Source: Amoebophrya sp. A120 (lineage: Eukaryota > Protista > Dinoflagellata). From it: a stretch of 64,000 nucleotides of DNA. Under the pieces are notes generated by a model. The model searched no databases. It saw only the letters and a list, made by a program, of their open reading frames with translations, and was not told the origin of the DNA. Numbering within the stretch: position 1 is the stretch's first letter; every line of letters starts with the position of its first letter. Of the stretch, positions 27,001 to 39,500 are shown one piece after another. The stretch is taken from positions 6,229,985 to 6,293,984 of the forward strand of contig CAJINV010000003.1 in NCBI GenBank assembly GCA_905178155.1. Direction: 5' to 3'. The position numbers and the translations under genes were made by a program.

Positions 27001-28907
27001 CATCCGGCTGATACGTGGTGACGGGCGATAAATTCGTGCCGCGGTCTGTCAGGGGAACGCTGTTTGATGCCTTGATTTTCGACAGGAGCTCGTCGTAGTG
27101 CCGGTCGATTTGGGTGCGAGGAGGCAGGGAACGCAAAAACTCCTCGTTGTTCGCGCCGGACGACCTGATCAGTGTCGGGAGTATGCATAGCGGGCGCGAA
27201 AACTACACTCGCACGAGTGAAGAAAATGTGCCAAGTACATTGAGCTTGATGCGTGTACAGTTTGGAAGCAAGTTGTAACACGTCTGTCGAATAAATTATG
27301 TCTCAAACCGTACATCAAATGGGGCTAACATCTTCGAGCATCGTATCTTAGTACCCTTCCGCTGTTCTAGATGGCGACGTGACGCCGGGCGACTTGACAA
27401 CGCTAGCTCTTGGAGAAATGCGTCCCATAACTGTGTGTTTTGTCTTTGCGAACAAAATCAATAAATTCCGTCTGATGAACAAAGTAGAAATAAATGCAGC
27501 CGAATCCGAGCTCCCAACACTAACACTGATGGGACGCAAAAGCGCAGCATTGGCACTAACCAAAAGAGCCTTTATTTAACTACCTCCCGGCCCAGATTCG
27601 GGGACGGTTCGCGGGAGAGGTGCCTGTCTTGACCGAGCGGATGAGGGCTGGTGGAGGGCTGCCCGTCGCCGAGTTTCCACGTCAATCAGCTGTCCGTCCA
27701 AATCGAACAGCTGTGGCATTTGCGTAATAATCCAGCCACGGTAGTCGCTCTGAAGCGGGATTGATTTAGTTTCGAGGCGTGCTCTCTCCTGGTGATGATT
27801 CTTGCGTTTCACTATGTTCAGGTGTGGTGCTTGTTGAATTTGTTTGAAATCATTTTTCAATGAAAAATGATTTCAAAATAAATTGAAACGACTTTAAACG
27901 AAGAAGGCGTGTTGACAAACCTGGTACGCGACGGGATTGTCCGCCAAGTGCAGCTTTTTGAGACGCAAAAGCGTGATCAACTTCCGAACTTCGCTGTAAT
28001 CCGTGATGCGATTGTGGGTGGCGCGGAGCTCCACGACGAAGGTCCACAGGGCGGATATTCGGGTCGGAAAAGAGGAAATGGCGTTCCACGACACGTCGAC
28101 ATACTCCACGTTGCGCGTCACCCGGCACAGCGGCTCCAGGTCCGTGAGCTCGCAATTGCAGAGCGTAAGCCTCTTCAGCTTGTGGACGTGCTGGAGAAAG
28201 CTGCCCGTCAACAGGTCCGCAGGCAGAGCGCCGCATCTCGTAAACCTGACTTCACCGAGGGCAGTCTGTGAAATTAGATTCTTCTTCCTGTCGTCTTTCT
28301 AAAACCACCTTAAGTGCTAGGGTCAGATTGTACTTGTTCTGTGCCCAGCAATCTAAAGTCTTCTTCTATACGAGGAAATTAGAAGGAAAACGAGTTGCTT
28401 GATTCAAAAGGTTACCAAAATCAACCAAACTATTACGATCTCGGTCGGCAGTGGAGCCTCGGAGTTGTCGCGCTCTTGCGCAAGGTCGTTGAGAAGGTGC
28501 CGCGGCCCACCTTCGCTCTCGTATCATGTCAAACAAAGCTACTGACGCATCGCATTTGTAATGCTTAACGGCTGACCGCGCAACTGCAATCCAGGACTAG
28601 TGAGGATCCACGCAACGCGGGAGCGCCCCTAGCGGAACTGCACCAATCACTTTTTAGTAATTATCCACGCCGCGCGGAAAAAACTGAAACAAAAGCGTTT
28701 CTGATGCGTAGCTAGTGGGCCCGTAGCGCGCTGCTCGAACTCAGCAGCACCGCTTTATTTCTTGCGCATGAGCATGCACTTCAAATGCTTTTGCATCCTT
28801 TCTTAAATACAAATGCGTGCGAGTAATTTTTTGTATGATACCTCGCCCGAGAGAACGAGCGTCCCCTCGCGCACCTCCGGACGCGAGATCACCGTACTCA
28901 ACAGCAT
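24034..28907 (-). CDS. Leucine-rich repeat protein (N-terminal LRRs plus LRRcap, long disordered tail); 3' extent uncertain
   Basis: LKRLTLCNCELTDL, VEYVDVSWNAISSF, ELRATHNRITD, LKKLHLADNPV, cap DYRGWIITQMPQLFDLDG. ATG at 28907 reaches the LRR exons only after excision of 28522-28840. ORFs 26084-27136, 25409-25792 and 24034-24453 are probable further exons. Confidence 0.7.
28522..28840. mobile_element. Degenerate TAT-ended TIR introner now readable as a GT-AG intron, TSD TCTCG/CCTCG
   Basis: TATCATGTCAAACAAAGCTACTGACGCATCGCATTTGTA vs right-arm reverse complement TATCATACAAAAAATTACTCGCACGCATTTGTA. Sense strand reads CGAG|GTATC...ATACGAG|AGC. Confidence 0.8.
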
Positions 28908-29251
28908 AATGGAGGTCGATGTGATGTAAAAGCAACTTCCATATTACACGATAGACATGAGCAACTTTTCAAAAAAATCACATGGCTAAGTGCAACCCAG
29001 AGCGCAAATATCAAACACCTTCACCTTCACAGGTCAAAACTGGCCTACTTTGATAAAACAATAAACGCAGCTTTTATTTCCACTCTCGCCAATTCCGCTC
29101 CAATTTGTAAGAAGTCGTTCAAAGAACAATGAATTACCCGAAGCCCCCTATGCAAGTGGCATGTTTAACGGTTGTCAGGTTCCTGCTTTCGCTATATCCA
29201 TCGGATGACCGACGACCACAGGCAATGTGCAAAACGGGGAGTGAAAACATG

Positions 29252-30258
29252 TCAATCCTTTGAGGCCGCCAAAATTTGCCGCTTGAAAAATTCAAGAATT
29301 TTCGGCCATACGCCTGAACTCTCATTGACGTCTGCGGTGTTCAGGGTAAAAATCATTATCCTGTCCTCGCTGACCAGCTGGAGTTCGTGCAATCCAAGAA
29401 TCTCGCGGCAATCCCGGTCGCTGAAATGCGGTGCAATCAAATTCGAAGGGAAACTACAGGCACTTCCTGTATGCAATGGATTCCTTGGCTCGAGTATACT
29501 ACATGTAAATCGAACACGCTAGTATCACAGAATGAATAAAGCAATAGAGAATCAATTACATATTCATACTATACCTGAGGTCTTCGAGCTCTTTGACGTT
29601 GTCTTTTTCGTTTAGTAAGATGGCAAACGCGGCGCTTCGAAGTTCGGGCTCGTGTACCATAAAAGCGATCAGCTTCTTCAGCTCTTCGCAGGTCTCCAGG
29701 GCCTCTGCCGACTGGTCTAGCAGCACCATCTTATCCAGACACAAAAGCACCGCATCAATTTGAAGAAACCGGTAAAAAATCGGCCACAGAGTTCGTGCGG
29801 CTTTCTTCCCTGGAAGGTCCCATATCCCATAGGTCATCCCTTTGCCCCGAAACTCCTCGTAGTGGCACCCGGCACTGATGGAAAAGATTATTTTTATCTC
29901 ATCACATTCCACAGGCTAGCACCACTTCCCTCGATCGGTTGGAACAGTGCTTACATTTGGCGTTGTGAAGATTGATTCTCGAATCATTTCTTTGAGTACG
30001 ACCCTCGTGGTTCAAGTAGAGAAACACTTACGCCGTAGTCATTAGCTCGTAGGACTGCAACAGTTTAGCACTGAAAAAAGGATTCTAGTACCCTGAATCT
30101 TCCTTGTCTTTGATACTTTTCATGTCGCGAATGATCTCCTGCTTTTTCCAGTTGTCTCCAAGTTTCAATTTGTAGAGCAGAGTGGTTTTCCCCGCATTGT
30201 GAGGGCCCAACATAAGAAACTGGTACGTTTCTCTGGTACCGAAGCATGATAAAGCCAT
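29252..30258 (-). CDS. Divergent Arf/Arl-family small GTPase, multi-exon
   Basis: FLMLGPHNAGKTTLLYKLKLG (P-loop), IWDLPGK, RTLWPIFY, ELRSAAFAILLNEKD. Confidence 0.85.
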
Positions 30259-31116
30259 GGTGATAAACAACCTTGCCGGAACGCGATTACTGATTTTATG
30301 GTACTGAAAAGAAATAACGACTGTTTGCAGAGCTAGTACAACTTCCAACGACGTCGACGAATATTTTTATTTTCTTAATAGAACGAAGTAGAACTACATG
30401 ATGCATTTACCTACTTAGACCCTGTTCTCTTGCGCGATGAATCAGGATGCCAATGAGATACTAAGGTGATGCTCAATTTATAATTTACATTCTCGGAGGG
30501 AATACCGACAAATGTTCTGAATGAGAGAACGAGAACGAAAGATCTGCACGACTTATATATTCCTCATTGTGAAGAAAAGTCCGTAGCTGCGAGGAGCGCG
30601 AGTCCTCTTGTAGACCGACATTTAGACTCGTTGCAGTTGCTACTTCGTTTCCGAAGTAATTCGCGTTATAGTACTTAGAGGACAGGATTCATGCATGATG
30701 GTCCGGGAGATTGCTCGTCCTCGTGCTCGTGATCCTTACCGAAATTAGACTTGACTATCTACCAGACATCGGGGGGACACACATCTCAAGAAGCATTCGC
30801 ATCAGGGCTGCTGGTGCTTCCTCATATGGTGCCATATGGCATTTGTAACTTAGAATTTCTCATAGATGCTTACCGTGTTTGGAATCAATAGCGGTGCTGC
30901 GCTGACGATCGCCATTCGCCAGACTGTAGGCGCAGATTTCGTCTTTCTCTGCCGGGCGAACAAGTTAGTTTCCAACCTGCATCTCCTTCCGAAAGAAACG
31001 ATTATGATGAAAAACGAAAAATGAAACTGTGATAGCATAATTTTGACTTCTATTGTTCCACGACCATCAAGTCGACCAAAGTTTCCAGCACAAGCAATTG
31101 CCCCGTGCCGGCAGCG

Positions 31117-32571
31117 TCAGGTAGTGATTAATGTCGGCGCCGTTCTTGCGTCAGCACGCGGTGCGCCGCAGACGCTAGGAATATTCGTAGCGTTACTCAG
31201 TTGCAGGTAGCGGCAGGTGGCATCCCACCCAGATACCTCAACCTTCCGATCTAACGGACCATCCTCTTGCGAGGCCCAGACCATCGGAAAGTGTGGCACT
31301 GGTAAATCATGACCCGAATGTGCAGCAGATAGCCCGCTCTTCCGCTGCGCCTCATTTGCGAGGTAACTGCCTGCTACGGTCGCAACGACGTCCCTATCTT
31401 TATCCTGCTCCTGGTCCGTCTGGGCATGAGCTTGTTCGCGCCTTGTCGCCCCGGGGAGCAGCAGGGGGGCAGTGGTATTTACCCAGCTGGTGGCGTACAC
31501 GGAGTGATTCCCGTGGAGAGGAATTTCCGCACTCACAGGGCTAGGAAAGAACCAACCGTTATCCAGAGGGAGCGGGCGACTTTCCTCGGGCCCCGGGCTC
31601 AGAAATCGCCAGGAGGTTCCGTCCCACACCTCTACCCAGTTATGATTGCCGCACGCGGGACTCTGGTCTCCCTCCGGGCAAACCTTGCGATCCTTGTTCC
31701 AGTGTGGAACGCCCGCAGCGCGCGCCGGGATGCCCACGGTGCGGAGGCAGGCCACAAAGAAAATAGCCATGCCCGTGCAGCTGCTGCCGACAACGCCGTT
31801 CGTGTAGGTGCCATTGAGAAAATCCGCGACGGAGTAGTTGTTGATGGCATCTGGCCCCGCCGGGAGGAATTCCGCCGGTTTTTGCGTTGGCGAGAGCAGG
31901 GACCAGACGGCTTGGTCGAGTTGGGAAATCAACTCTCGGGGCGTTTCTGCCCTTTGCAGAAACGGTTCCAGCCGTTCGTAGAACCACGCACGCCAGGGGG
32001 TGCGGGGCTCAGTGAAGACAGCATACGGTGCCACGTCGTTCAGAAACAGGAACGGCAGAGCGTGATCCGGATCGTCGCGTCGTGCTGTTGTCGACGCACG
32101 ACCAGCTGCGACCATCGTTGCGGTAGAAAAAGTTCTTGCCGCAGTCAAAATGTTGGCCACCTTCGTCTTACTACTTCGTCGTGGTACCAAATCGTAGAAT
32201 TGGCGACCCCATTTTTTCACCACGGCATCGTGCGCCCGAAGTGCAAGAGCCGCGTTGGTTGTCTTGTACTCTGCGGAGAGCGAATCGTCTCGCTTGGGCG
32301 CGTGGGTCTGGAGAAAATCGAGCACCTCTCCGATCCGCCGCGCGGAGCCTGAGCCTGCTATGCCTTTGCTGCCTCGCGTTACGGCTGCACGCGCATCCTC
32401 GCGGGTACTGTCAGCTGCTGAAACGGCGCACACGTAACTCTCACGAAATAGTAGATTGGAAATCAACCAAGAGAGTCGTCCAGCGCGGCCCACGCTGGAC
32501 GACTCTCTCGGTTGATAGCGCGAGAAGGAGCGCGACAGAATAAATACTGCGACAGACATCTTCGCCGGCAA
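31117..32571 (-). CDS. Transglutaminase-like domain protein, intronless
   Basis: SSCTGMAIFFVACLRTVGIPAR ... GNHNWVEVWDG..W (catalytic Cys and His motifs). Confidence 0.8.
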   Translation of the reverse strand: MPAKMSVAVFILSRSFSRYQPRESSSVGRAGRLSWLISNLLFRESYVCAVSAADSTREDARAAVTRGSKGIAGSGSARRIGEVLDFLQTHAPKRDDSLSAEYKTTNAALALRAHDAVVKKWGRQFYDLVPRRSSKTKVANILTAARTFSTATMVAAGRASTTARRDDPDHALPFLFLNDVAPYAVFTEPRTPWRAWFYERLEPFLQRAETPRELISQLDQAVWSLLSPTQKPAEFLPAGPDAINNYSVADFLNGTYTNGVVGSSCTGMAIFFVACLRTVGIPARAAGVPHWNKDRKVCPEGDQSPACGNHNWVEVWDGTSWRFLSPGPEESRPLPLDNGWFFPSPVSAEIPLHGNHSVYATSWVNTTAPLLLPGATRREQAHAQTDQEQDKDRDVVATVAGSYLANEAQRKSGLSAAHSGHDLPVPHFPMVWASQEDGPLDRKVEVSGWDATCRYLQLSNATNIPSVCGAPRADARTAPTLITT

Positions 32572-33566
32572 CTAGCACAAAAAAACTAAATTATACTTTC
32601 TTATGTCATTCGAGCATGGAAATAATTCTGACCTGGCACCGTGATCGAAAGTCTTCGACGTAGGTGGTGACTCCCTTTGCTGCTGTTGCTTGCTCTCTCT
32701 CAGAAAAACTCTCGAGTGACAGTGACCCAGAGGAAGCTACTTTTGATACGATCGCGCTGCCCTCGACTTGTTACCGCCAGACGCACTCGGCACACTCCGT
32801 CTTTCCCAGAACGTAAGGAATCTCATGATCAACTTTGCAAACGTTCACGAACAAGGCTGGCAGAAGAACGGAGCGAGCCTAGTCAAGGAACACATGGCTG
32901 ATATTTTTGCGAGATCATATTAATTTTTCTCCTTGGCGTGCTTGTTGTAGATCAGCATACAGATACAGACTCAGTTCGTCTTCGTCGATAAAAATTCACA
33001 CATACATTGTCTTTAGGACCCGTAGGGAAGTGTATCCATTGTAGGGAGATCAAGTGCAACGAAATCCAGGAATTTCACTTCAAAACTTCTCGTTTGTGTT
33101 CCAGGTGGCGTGGCGAATAGAAATACTCCAGTCAAAAAGTTGATAATTCCCCCGACTGACGATGGATCCAACACGTGTAAGGATTTATTTGGTCGAGCTC
33201 AATAGAAGCGGGGCTGCAGCTGGAACAGAAATTCAAAAAAACGTATGCGGGACACAAGTGAATAGCTGTGGGGCCGCCTCGTGTTCCTTCATAGCGGTGC
33301 TGCTTCCTGTTCCCTATCTTTGTTGATACAAAAAGCGCCTTCATTAGCTACCGTCCGGTACTTAGCGGAATCCTTTTCGACGTATATGTTTGAACAAAAA
33401 AGAAAAAGTAAGAAATCATACACGACAGAAATCATAATCATACATAAATTCGTACAGCGTGTGGACATTGCTATCAAGCATGGACCACTGCGGCCCCCGA
33501 GATTTAGCCTTGAGGGCGACCGTGTCCGGGAAGATCAAGTAGCGAATCATCTGCAGCTGCACTTCT

Positions 33567-34781
33567 TCACAATACCTTGACGACAACTTTTCCTTTGCTG
33601 CGACCACTCACCAATTGTTCCCAGGCTTTCCCCGCGTTCTCGAGTGGGTGCACACTGTCTATGACAACTTTGAGCTTGCGTAGCTCAACGGCATCCAGCA
33701 GCTTCTGTTGGTCCACATGGTTTGAAAGCAAAAAATGAAACTTCCAATCTACCCCGAAATCCGCAGCCTTGCGCTCTAGCTTTCGGTCTTTGAGGAACCA
33801 AAGCAGCATCCGCATGAGAAAACTCGGCTCCTGTCCGATTTCTCGCAGCGAGTCTGTTGTTGGGCTTGGACCACTCAAAGTGCGAACTTGCCCCCCCGGT
33901 TTCACGACTGCTACCAGCTTCGCCGCCTCGCCAGTGCAGTCCAGCGCAAAATCGAACTTGTCGGCGCCGTCGCAAGCGCCAGGTGGTCGGAGCGCGGCGG
34001 CGATTTTTGTTTGCATACTGTCGGAATCCAGGGGCGCCTCATTTTTGTAATCGATCACCAGATCCGCGCCGAGATTTTTGCAAAGCTGAATTTTGTCAGC
34101 GCCCGATGCGGTCACGCCAACAAATCGGCACCCGATGATTTGCTTCGCAATCTGGATCGCCAGCGTGCCGACGCCACCCGCACCTGCGGTGATCAGGACT
34201 GCGTCGCCTTTTTGCACGCCGCCACGCCGAAAAGCCTGCAGCGCGGTCTGCCCCGCAAGCCCCACGGCCGCAGCGTCTTCGAAGGAAATCCTCGTTGCGT
34301 CGATCTTTACTGCAGTGTCGTCCTCTACGACGGCGAACTCGGCGACCGTGCCTTCGCTATTATTCACCCGAGCCGCGACCGCGTCTCCGACCTCGAACTT
34401 TGTACTCGACCCCTTGTCCACCACCACACCGCTGACGTCGTAGCCGAGTACGGCGGGCCATTTGGTTTCGGGACGGAGGAAGCGCAACCCACCAGACTGG
34501 CGGATCTTATCGATGGGATTCAGCGAGGCCGCGTGCACACGGACTAGCGCGCGGCGCGGCCTTTTGTTCAAAGATTCTTTTTCTCCTCGATCTGGATTCG
34601 CATCAGCCCCCTCCTGTGTCGGCGCAAATAAACTCGGCGTAGTCACATTTGTCTGCAGAGAGGGATACTCCCCATACTTCGGAAACACGAAGGCGCGCTG
34701 AGTGAGAGAAATGCCACTTGTCATTTTGGTGCAGCGTTTTTCTGTGGTGTCAGTGAAATTATACCTTCTGACAATACCCAA
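33567..34781 (-). CDS. NADPH-dependent MDR-family (quinone oxidoreductase-like) protein, intronless
   Basis: VRVHAASLNPID, VLGYDVSGVV, ITAGAGGVGTLAIQIAK, LGADLVIDY, GRSKGKVVV. Confidence 0.92.
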   Translation of the reverse strand: MGIVRRYNFTDTTEKRCTKMTSGISLTQRAFVFPKYGEYPSLQTNVTTPSLFAPTQEGADANPDRGEKESLNKRPRRALVRVHAASLNPIDKIRQSGGLRFLRPETKWPAVLGYDVSGVVVDKGSSTKFEVGDAVAARVNNSEGTVAEFAVVEDDTAVKIDATRISFEDAAAVGLAGQTALQAFRRGGVQKGDAVLITAGAGGVGTLAIQIAKQIIGCRFVGVTASGADKIQLCKNLGADLVIDYKNEAPLDSDSMQTKIAAALRPPGACDGADKFDFALDCTGEAAKLVAVVKPGGQVRTLSGPSPTTDSLREIGQEPSFLMRMLLWFLKDRKLERKAADFGVDWKFHFLLSNHVDQQKLLDAVELRKLKVVIDSVHPLENAGKAWEQLVSGRSKGKVVVKVL

Positions 34782-36583
34782 AGTGTTTCAGGATAGGTGA
34801 ATTTCAGTCAAAAAACTATTGAAGACAGTTCCATTTGATGACGAACGGTCGAACAACAAAGAATAAACACCTGACAAGCTCCACTGAGAAAGGGAAGAGC
34901 ATGCGAAAATTTTTGTACTTGGAAATAGATCACATGGGAATGCATACTGATTCTCCTGATAATTGGGCACTCTCTGCGTCTGCCTGTGCTCTGAGAACAG
35001 GCATTACTCCTGTCCGGCTTTCATCTTGGTTGTTGCCCGTCGCGAGGCCGATAAGAGCCCGGCAAAAGAATGGATCCTGTTTTTTCAGATCCCAGACACT
35101 AGTCTGCTCAATCGATACAATCGAACATCAAGCGGCAAATTTGTTCAAGCATTTCGATCGGGATGATCTCACTTTATCCATGCTATCAGCCAGGGTTTAG
35201 CATTTGCGTTTCAAAACATCCAATTTCAACAACAAGTGGGGCTCTCGTGTAGTGAATTTTATAATATCCACAAAGAGACCGCTTGCTATCGAACAGCAAA
35301 ATTTAGAAAACCGAACGAACGACTTACCCAACTGATGGGGTTTTTAGCAGACAAGATTTTATTTTTTTAAATACATACTACAGGAACGACACGTCACATA
35401 AACATTTTTAGCAGAAAAGATAAAAGTTAAAGTTGTAGTGCATAAAAGGTAAAGAAGGAGAACACCAACACAACAAGAAGCAGACAAGATAAAATTAAAA
35501 ATACAGAAAAAAATGAAACATGTTCGTGTCCACAGTCATCAAAAGTCGTGCGATCGAGAGAATAACAAGATTTAGTCTATATCAGCGAATTCTATAGGCT
35601 GCTATATTCCCTTGAAAACAGACGATAGAAGGACATCAAAACAAGTGCATCGCTGTGCACGACGGACCACTTCAGATGTCAAAAAGTTACGTAACTCACG
35701 TCCATCGAAATATGTATCCTTCCTTTCAAAAAAACTAGAGAAAAAGGCTTTATCAGTCGGTGCCGAAAAATACATCTTCTTTTGACATCTGTACGCAGAG
35801 GACTATCTGAAAGTAAAACTAAAAGTATGTCATGACAAGAACGATGCCACAGCCACACCATATCTTCCTATTATTTTTTTTCTATTTTTTGCAAAATAAG
35901 TATCAACATGCAAAGTGAATTTTGTTCACTATCTCAATCTCATTGCCTCCAGATATATAATTTGTTCAGCTTCATTCAGAAAGGAAAAACGGGAGCAAAG
36001 TGGTATGTTCATGCGAAGCACCTTGTGCAATCAAGCGTTCGGAGATCGACATCAATAATATGCTTGTCTACTGTTACTTCGCAGCTTTATTTTCGTTTGT
36101 TTTTAGTCTGCAATCTGTAGCAAAAAGAAAAACATTTATATACGTATACAGTAGCCCTCGTCTCTCTTCGCGTTCCTAGATAGAAATCTAAAGCCCTAGT
36201 TTGATGATATCGATAACAAGAGGGGCGAGCTGGCAAAAGACACACGGATCCGACGATCATATCTACATCGCGCTGCAAAAATATGGCTTTCTTCATTTAT
36301 GTGGCACAACGCGTAAGGCTGCTGGTCAGCCATTTAGCCCCCCATACGCATTGGGCACTATTTACTTGTATTCGAATTGCGCTGGTGGCCGGAGATGTAC
36401 GTAGACATCGAACGCCTCAGGCTCAGCCTTTTATAGCACAAATACGATTACGGATCATGCGCATGTGAAGCTCAACAGACGGCACGCGTACGCTCATCCT
36501 GCATCATAGCGAGGCGGGCAGGGCACGCTCTATCAACAACTCCACGTGCCGATCACCTTCTTGCAGCGGTAGCACACGCTCCG

Positions 36584-39500
36584 CTAACTATTGCGCAACA
36601 CCAGATGGGGGTCGAAGTTCGGGGCGAGGGACGGGCCGCGATCTTCCGTGTTCGCTTCCGACGAGGACAGAGCGCGCCTGTGCATTTCTTCGCGCCGCGC
36701 ATGCGTGTTCAAGAGTCTCGCAAAGGGCTGCGCAATCGGTTCCACTTCACTGCCATCGTCTTCCGAGTCAAGGTCCAGCGGTGCCTCTCCGTCCCACAGG
36801 GAGCGGCCCGAGTCGCTCATCTCTTCATCTGTGCGGAGGTCCCTGTCTTGCACGCTCAGCCCTCTGAGATCGTCGCACAAGAAGTCAACAACTCCTGGGA
36901 TCGGCGCACTTTCATCCTCGGACCCTTGTTCATCTACTCTTCTCGTGTTGCCAGTCGCGTCGTGCCAGCACGGAGTCGCGTCCGCACGACCCGCGCTGCG
37001 CTCGCGGTCTTCGACTCGCCGTACAGCCAGCCCTTCGTCGTCTTTGTCCTCGTGTCTGAAGGTCATCACTTCCAGCTCTTTCTCCTTCTGCTCCGCGGAC
37101 GACTCAGCGCCCAACTCCTCCTGGCTGCACATTTTCATCATCTCCTGAATGCTAATTCGTAGATTGGCCTCGGTGTCCTCGGTGGCCTCAGGGGGTCGCA
37201 TGCAGAGCATTGAGCACTTTCTCTTGGCCCCGTCAACGACATTGCGCTCCCAACCGCAGAGCTCCCCGAGAAGGTCCGCCACCTCGATGGTTTGCTGGTT
37301 TTCACAGATCATTACATACAACGATCCCGGTAGGTTCCCTATGTGGTCGCAGACCCGCACGAACCACTCCACTTGCGCCGGGAGGGTGCGGGCGTGCTCC
37401 ACTACATCTACGATCACCACCTCCCGTCCGCATCTACCCTCCAGCTCCAGCACAGGGGGCATCAAGGATCTTGCCCCCGTTGAAAAGGCATTCGGGTTCC
37501 CAGTGCAGCGCGGTTTTCGTGGGTCCCTCGACAGAGCGGCTCTGGATTGTGGTGCCCGACTTGATGTTGATGTTGTCCCCGGCCCCGGATCCGCGCTAGC
37601 GGACGATGCTGTCGCTGAAGCCGGTGACGAACCCGCCCCTTGCTTTCCGGCTGGGGCTGACTGGCCGTGTCGCTTTCTATTGTTCTCTCGGTCCTCACGC
37701 GCCTGGATGATGGCCTTTCTCTCTTGCTCCTTCAGGGCAAGTGCGGGCAACAGCCCGTCCTCGAAGACCCGCGTGGTGATTCCCCGCCTGGCATCAAATC
37801 CCGCCTCGCGCATCTGTGGCACCAGTTCCGAAGACCGATATCCGCCGAAAACGTGGACCATGCGACCCGCCAGCTCCGGCTGCAAAACGCGGAAAATGGT
37901 GCCGCCGAAGGCGTAGGGGGGTTTCTTGGAATCGATACCGGAGCGCACGAGGTCGGTGTCGTTTTCGGGTCGGCGAGGGAAGCGAGTGTTCTCCTCGATG
38001 CTCTCAAACTCCGGCACGAACAAGTGGACTTGGTGTCGCCCCCGCCCTTTCCTCGGCAGCCTGTTCCGGAAGAGGACCGTCTTGCGTCGCTCCTGTTGCA
38101 AATCTACCACAGCGCTTTCTAGCTGGTTCCACTCCGCCGTCTCCGGGCCCGCGCAGCTCTTGTCCTGAGTCTGATGGAGAGACAAGAGTGCTGCGATCGC
38201 TCCCTGCAAGGCTTTGCGCTGCTTGTGTTCCCAGTGCAGCATCAAGAGACACTGCTTCCATGTGCCCACGTGCATCGTGACCATCCCACTCACATCATCT
38301 ATCTCATTTATCTTTCTCGAATTGCTGCCGTTCGTGGAGATTCTTGATATCTCGTCGGACTGAGTCGTGAAGAACGTGTTGCAACTCAGTGTTCTGGTGT
38401 CCTCGTCATGATCATCCCGCAACAAAGCCCCTTCCTCCTGCACGCAAACTTCCCCGTCAGAACAAACGTGCTCTCTGCAGAGGTCTCGACGCGTGTCCCG
38501 AGGCCTCGCGTGTGGTCTTGCTTCGGAGTCTGGCTCTGGCGGCGGGTCAAAAAGTCTGCTTTCTGCAACATTTTCTGAAATTTACTACGGCCTTCTTGTT
38601 CCGCTTCCGTAGCGTGGCCAGGTGCCGAACCATCCTGCGCCGATGTAGTCACTGGCGCCTTGCCTCTGCAGGTGAATGGAGCAAGATTCGCATGGGCGAA
38701 ACGCACGAGGTCGCGCCGATCGCGCCGTGAAAGCCGCTGCATCATCTGCAAAATTCGGACCTCCCTTTCGTAGAGGCACTCTACTTCCGGAGGTGGTTTC
38801 GTAGAAACTGGCTTCTTGCTGCCTTGCGGGCTTGTGTGCTTCCGATCCAGGGACGACGTCCAGATAGCTTGCGACGGGGCCGAGTTCGCGTGGACCATGA
38901 CGTGCCCAAGGTAGCCCAGCAACTCCTCTGGCCCGACAATGCTGGCCGCGAGTTCCTCTACGAGAGCGCTTTCATTTATCAAATGTAAAAATGTCTGGGT
39001 CTGGAAGAATGCGCGATTTGTCATGCAGCTTTTCCATGACCCATGAGGTCTGGAATGCAGGACCTAGCATGACAGATTCATCTGTGCGACATCTCTCATG
39101 CCTCTCCTGCATGAGAAACTCCCTCGCGACTTGGCCAAAACTGGACGACTTTTGGCAATCATGCAACACAGATTTTTGCATGCTTCAGATTTAGCATGAC
39201 AAGTTGCATTCTTCCAGACCCAGACATTTTTACATTTGATATCATTCGCAAGAGAACAATTCCCGCCGCTTGTGAAGTTTCCTGTGATCGTGGTGAGCAA
39301 TAAACTTGGAAACTTGTTTCATGAGGCTACGATCCTCAAACGTTTATGGGGTTTTACCAATTGCGAATTCCAGTAGTGCGCGTATCATATTGGGTTCACA
39401 AACAAGCCTGACATCGTTCCATTCAAAGAGAATAAAATCCGCATCGGTCTTCTTTTCATCTGTATTGTTTATTCTCATCGTGGTTGCATTCACATTTTTA

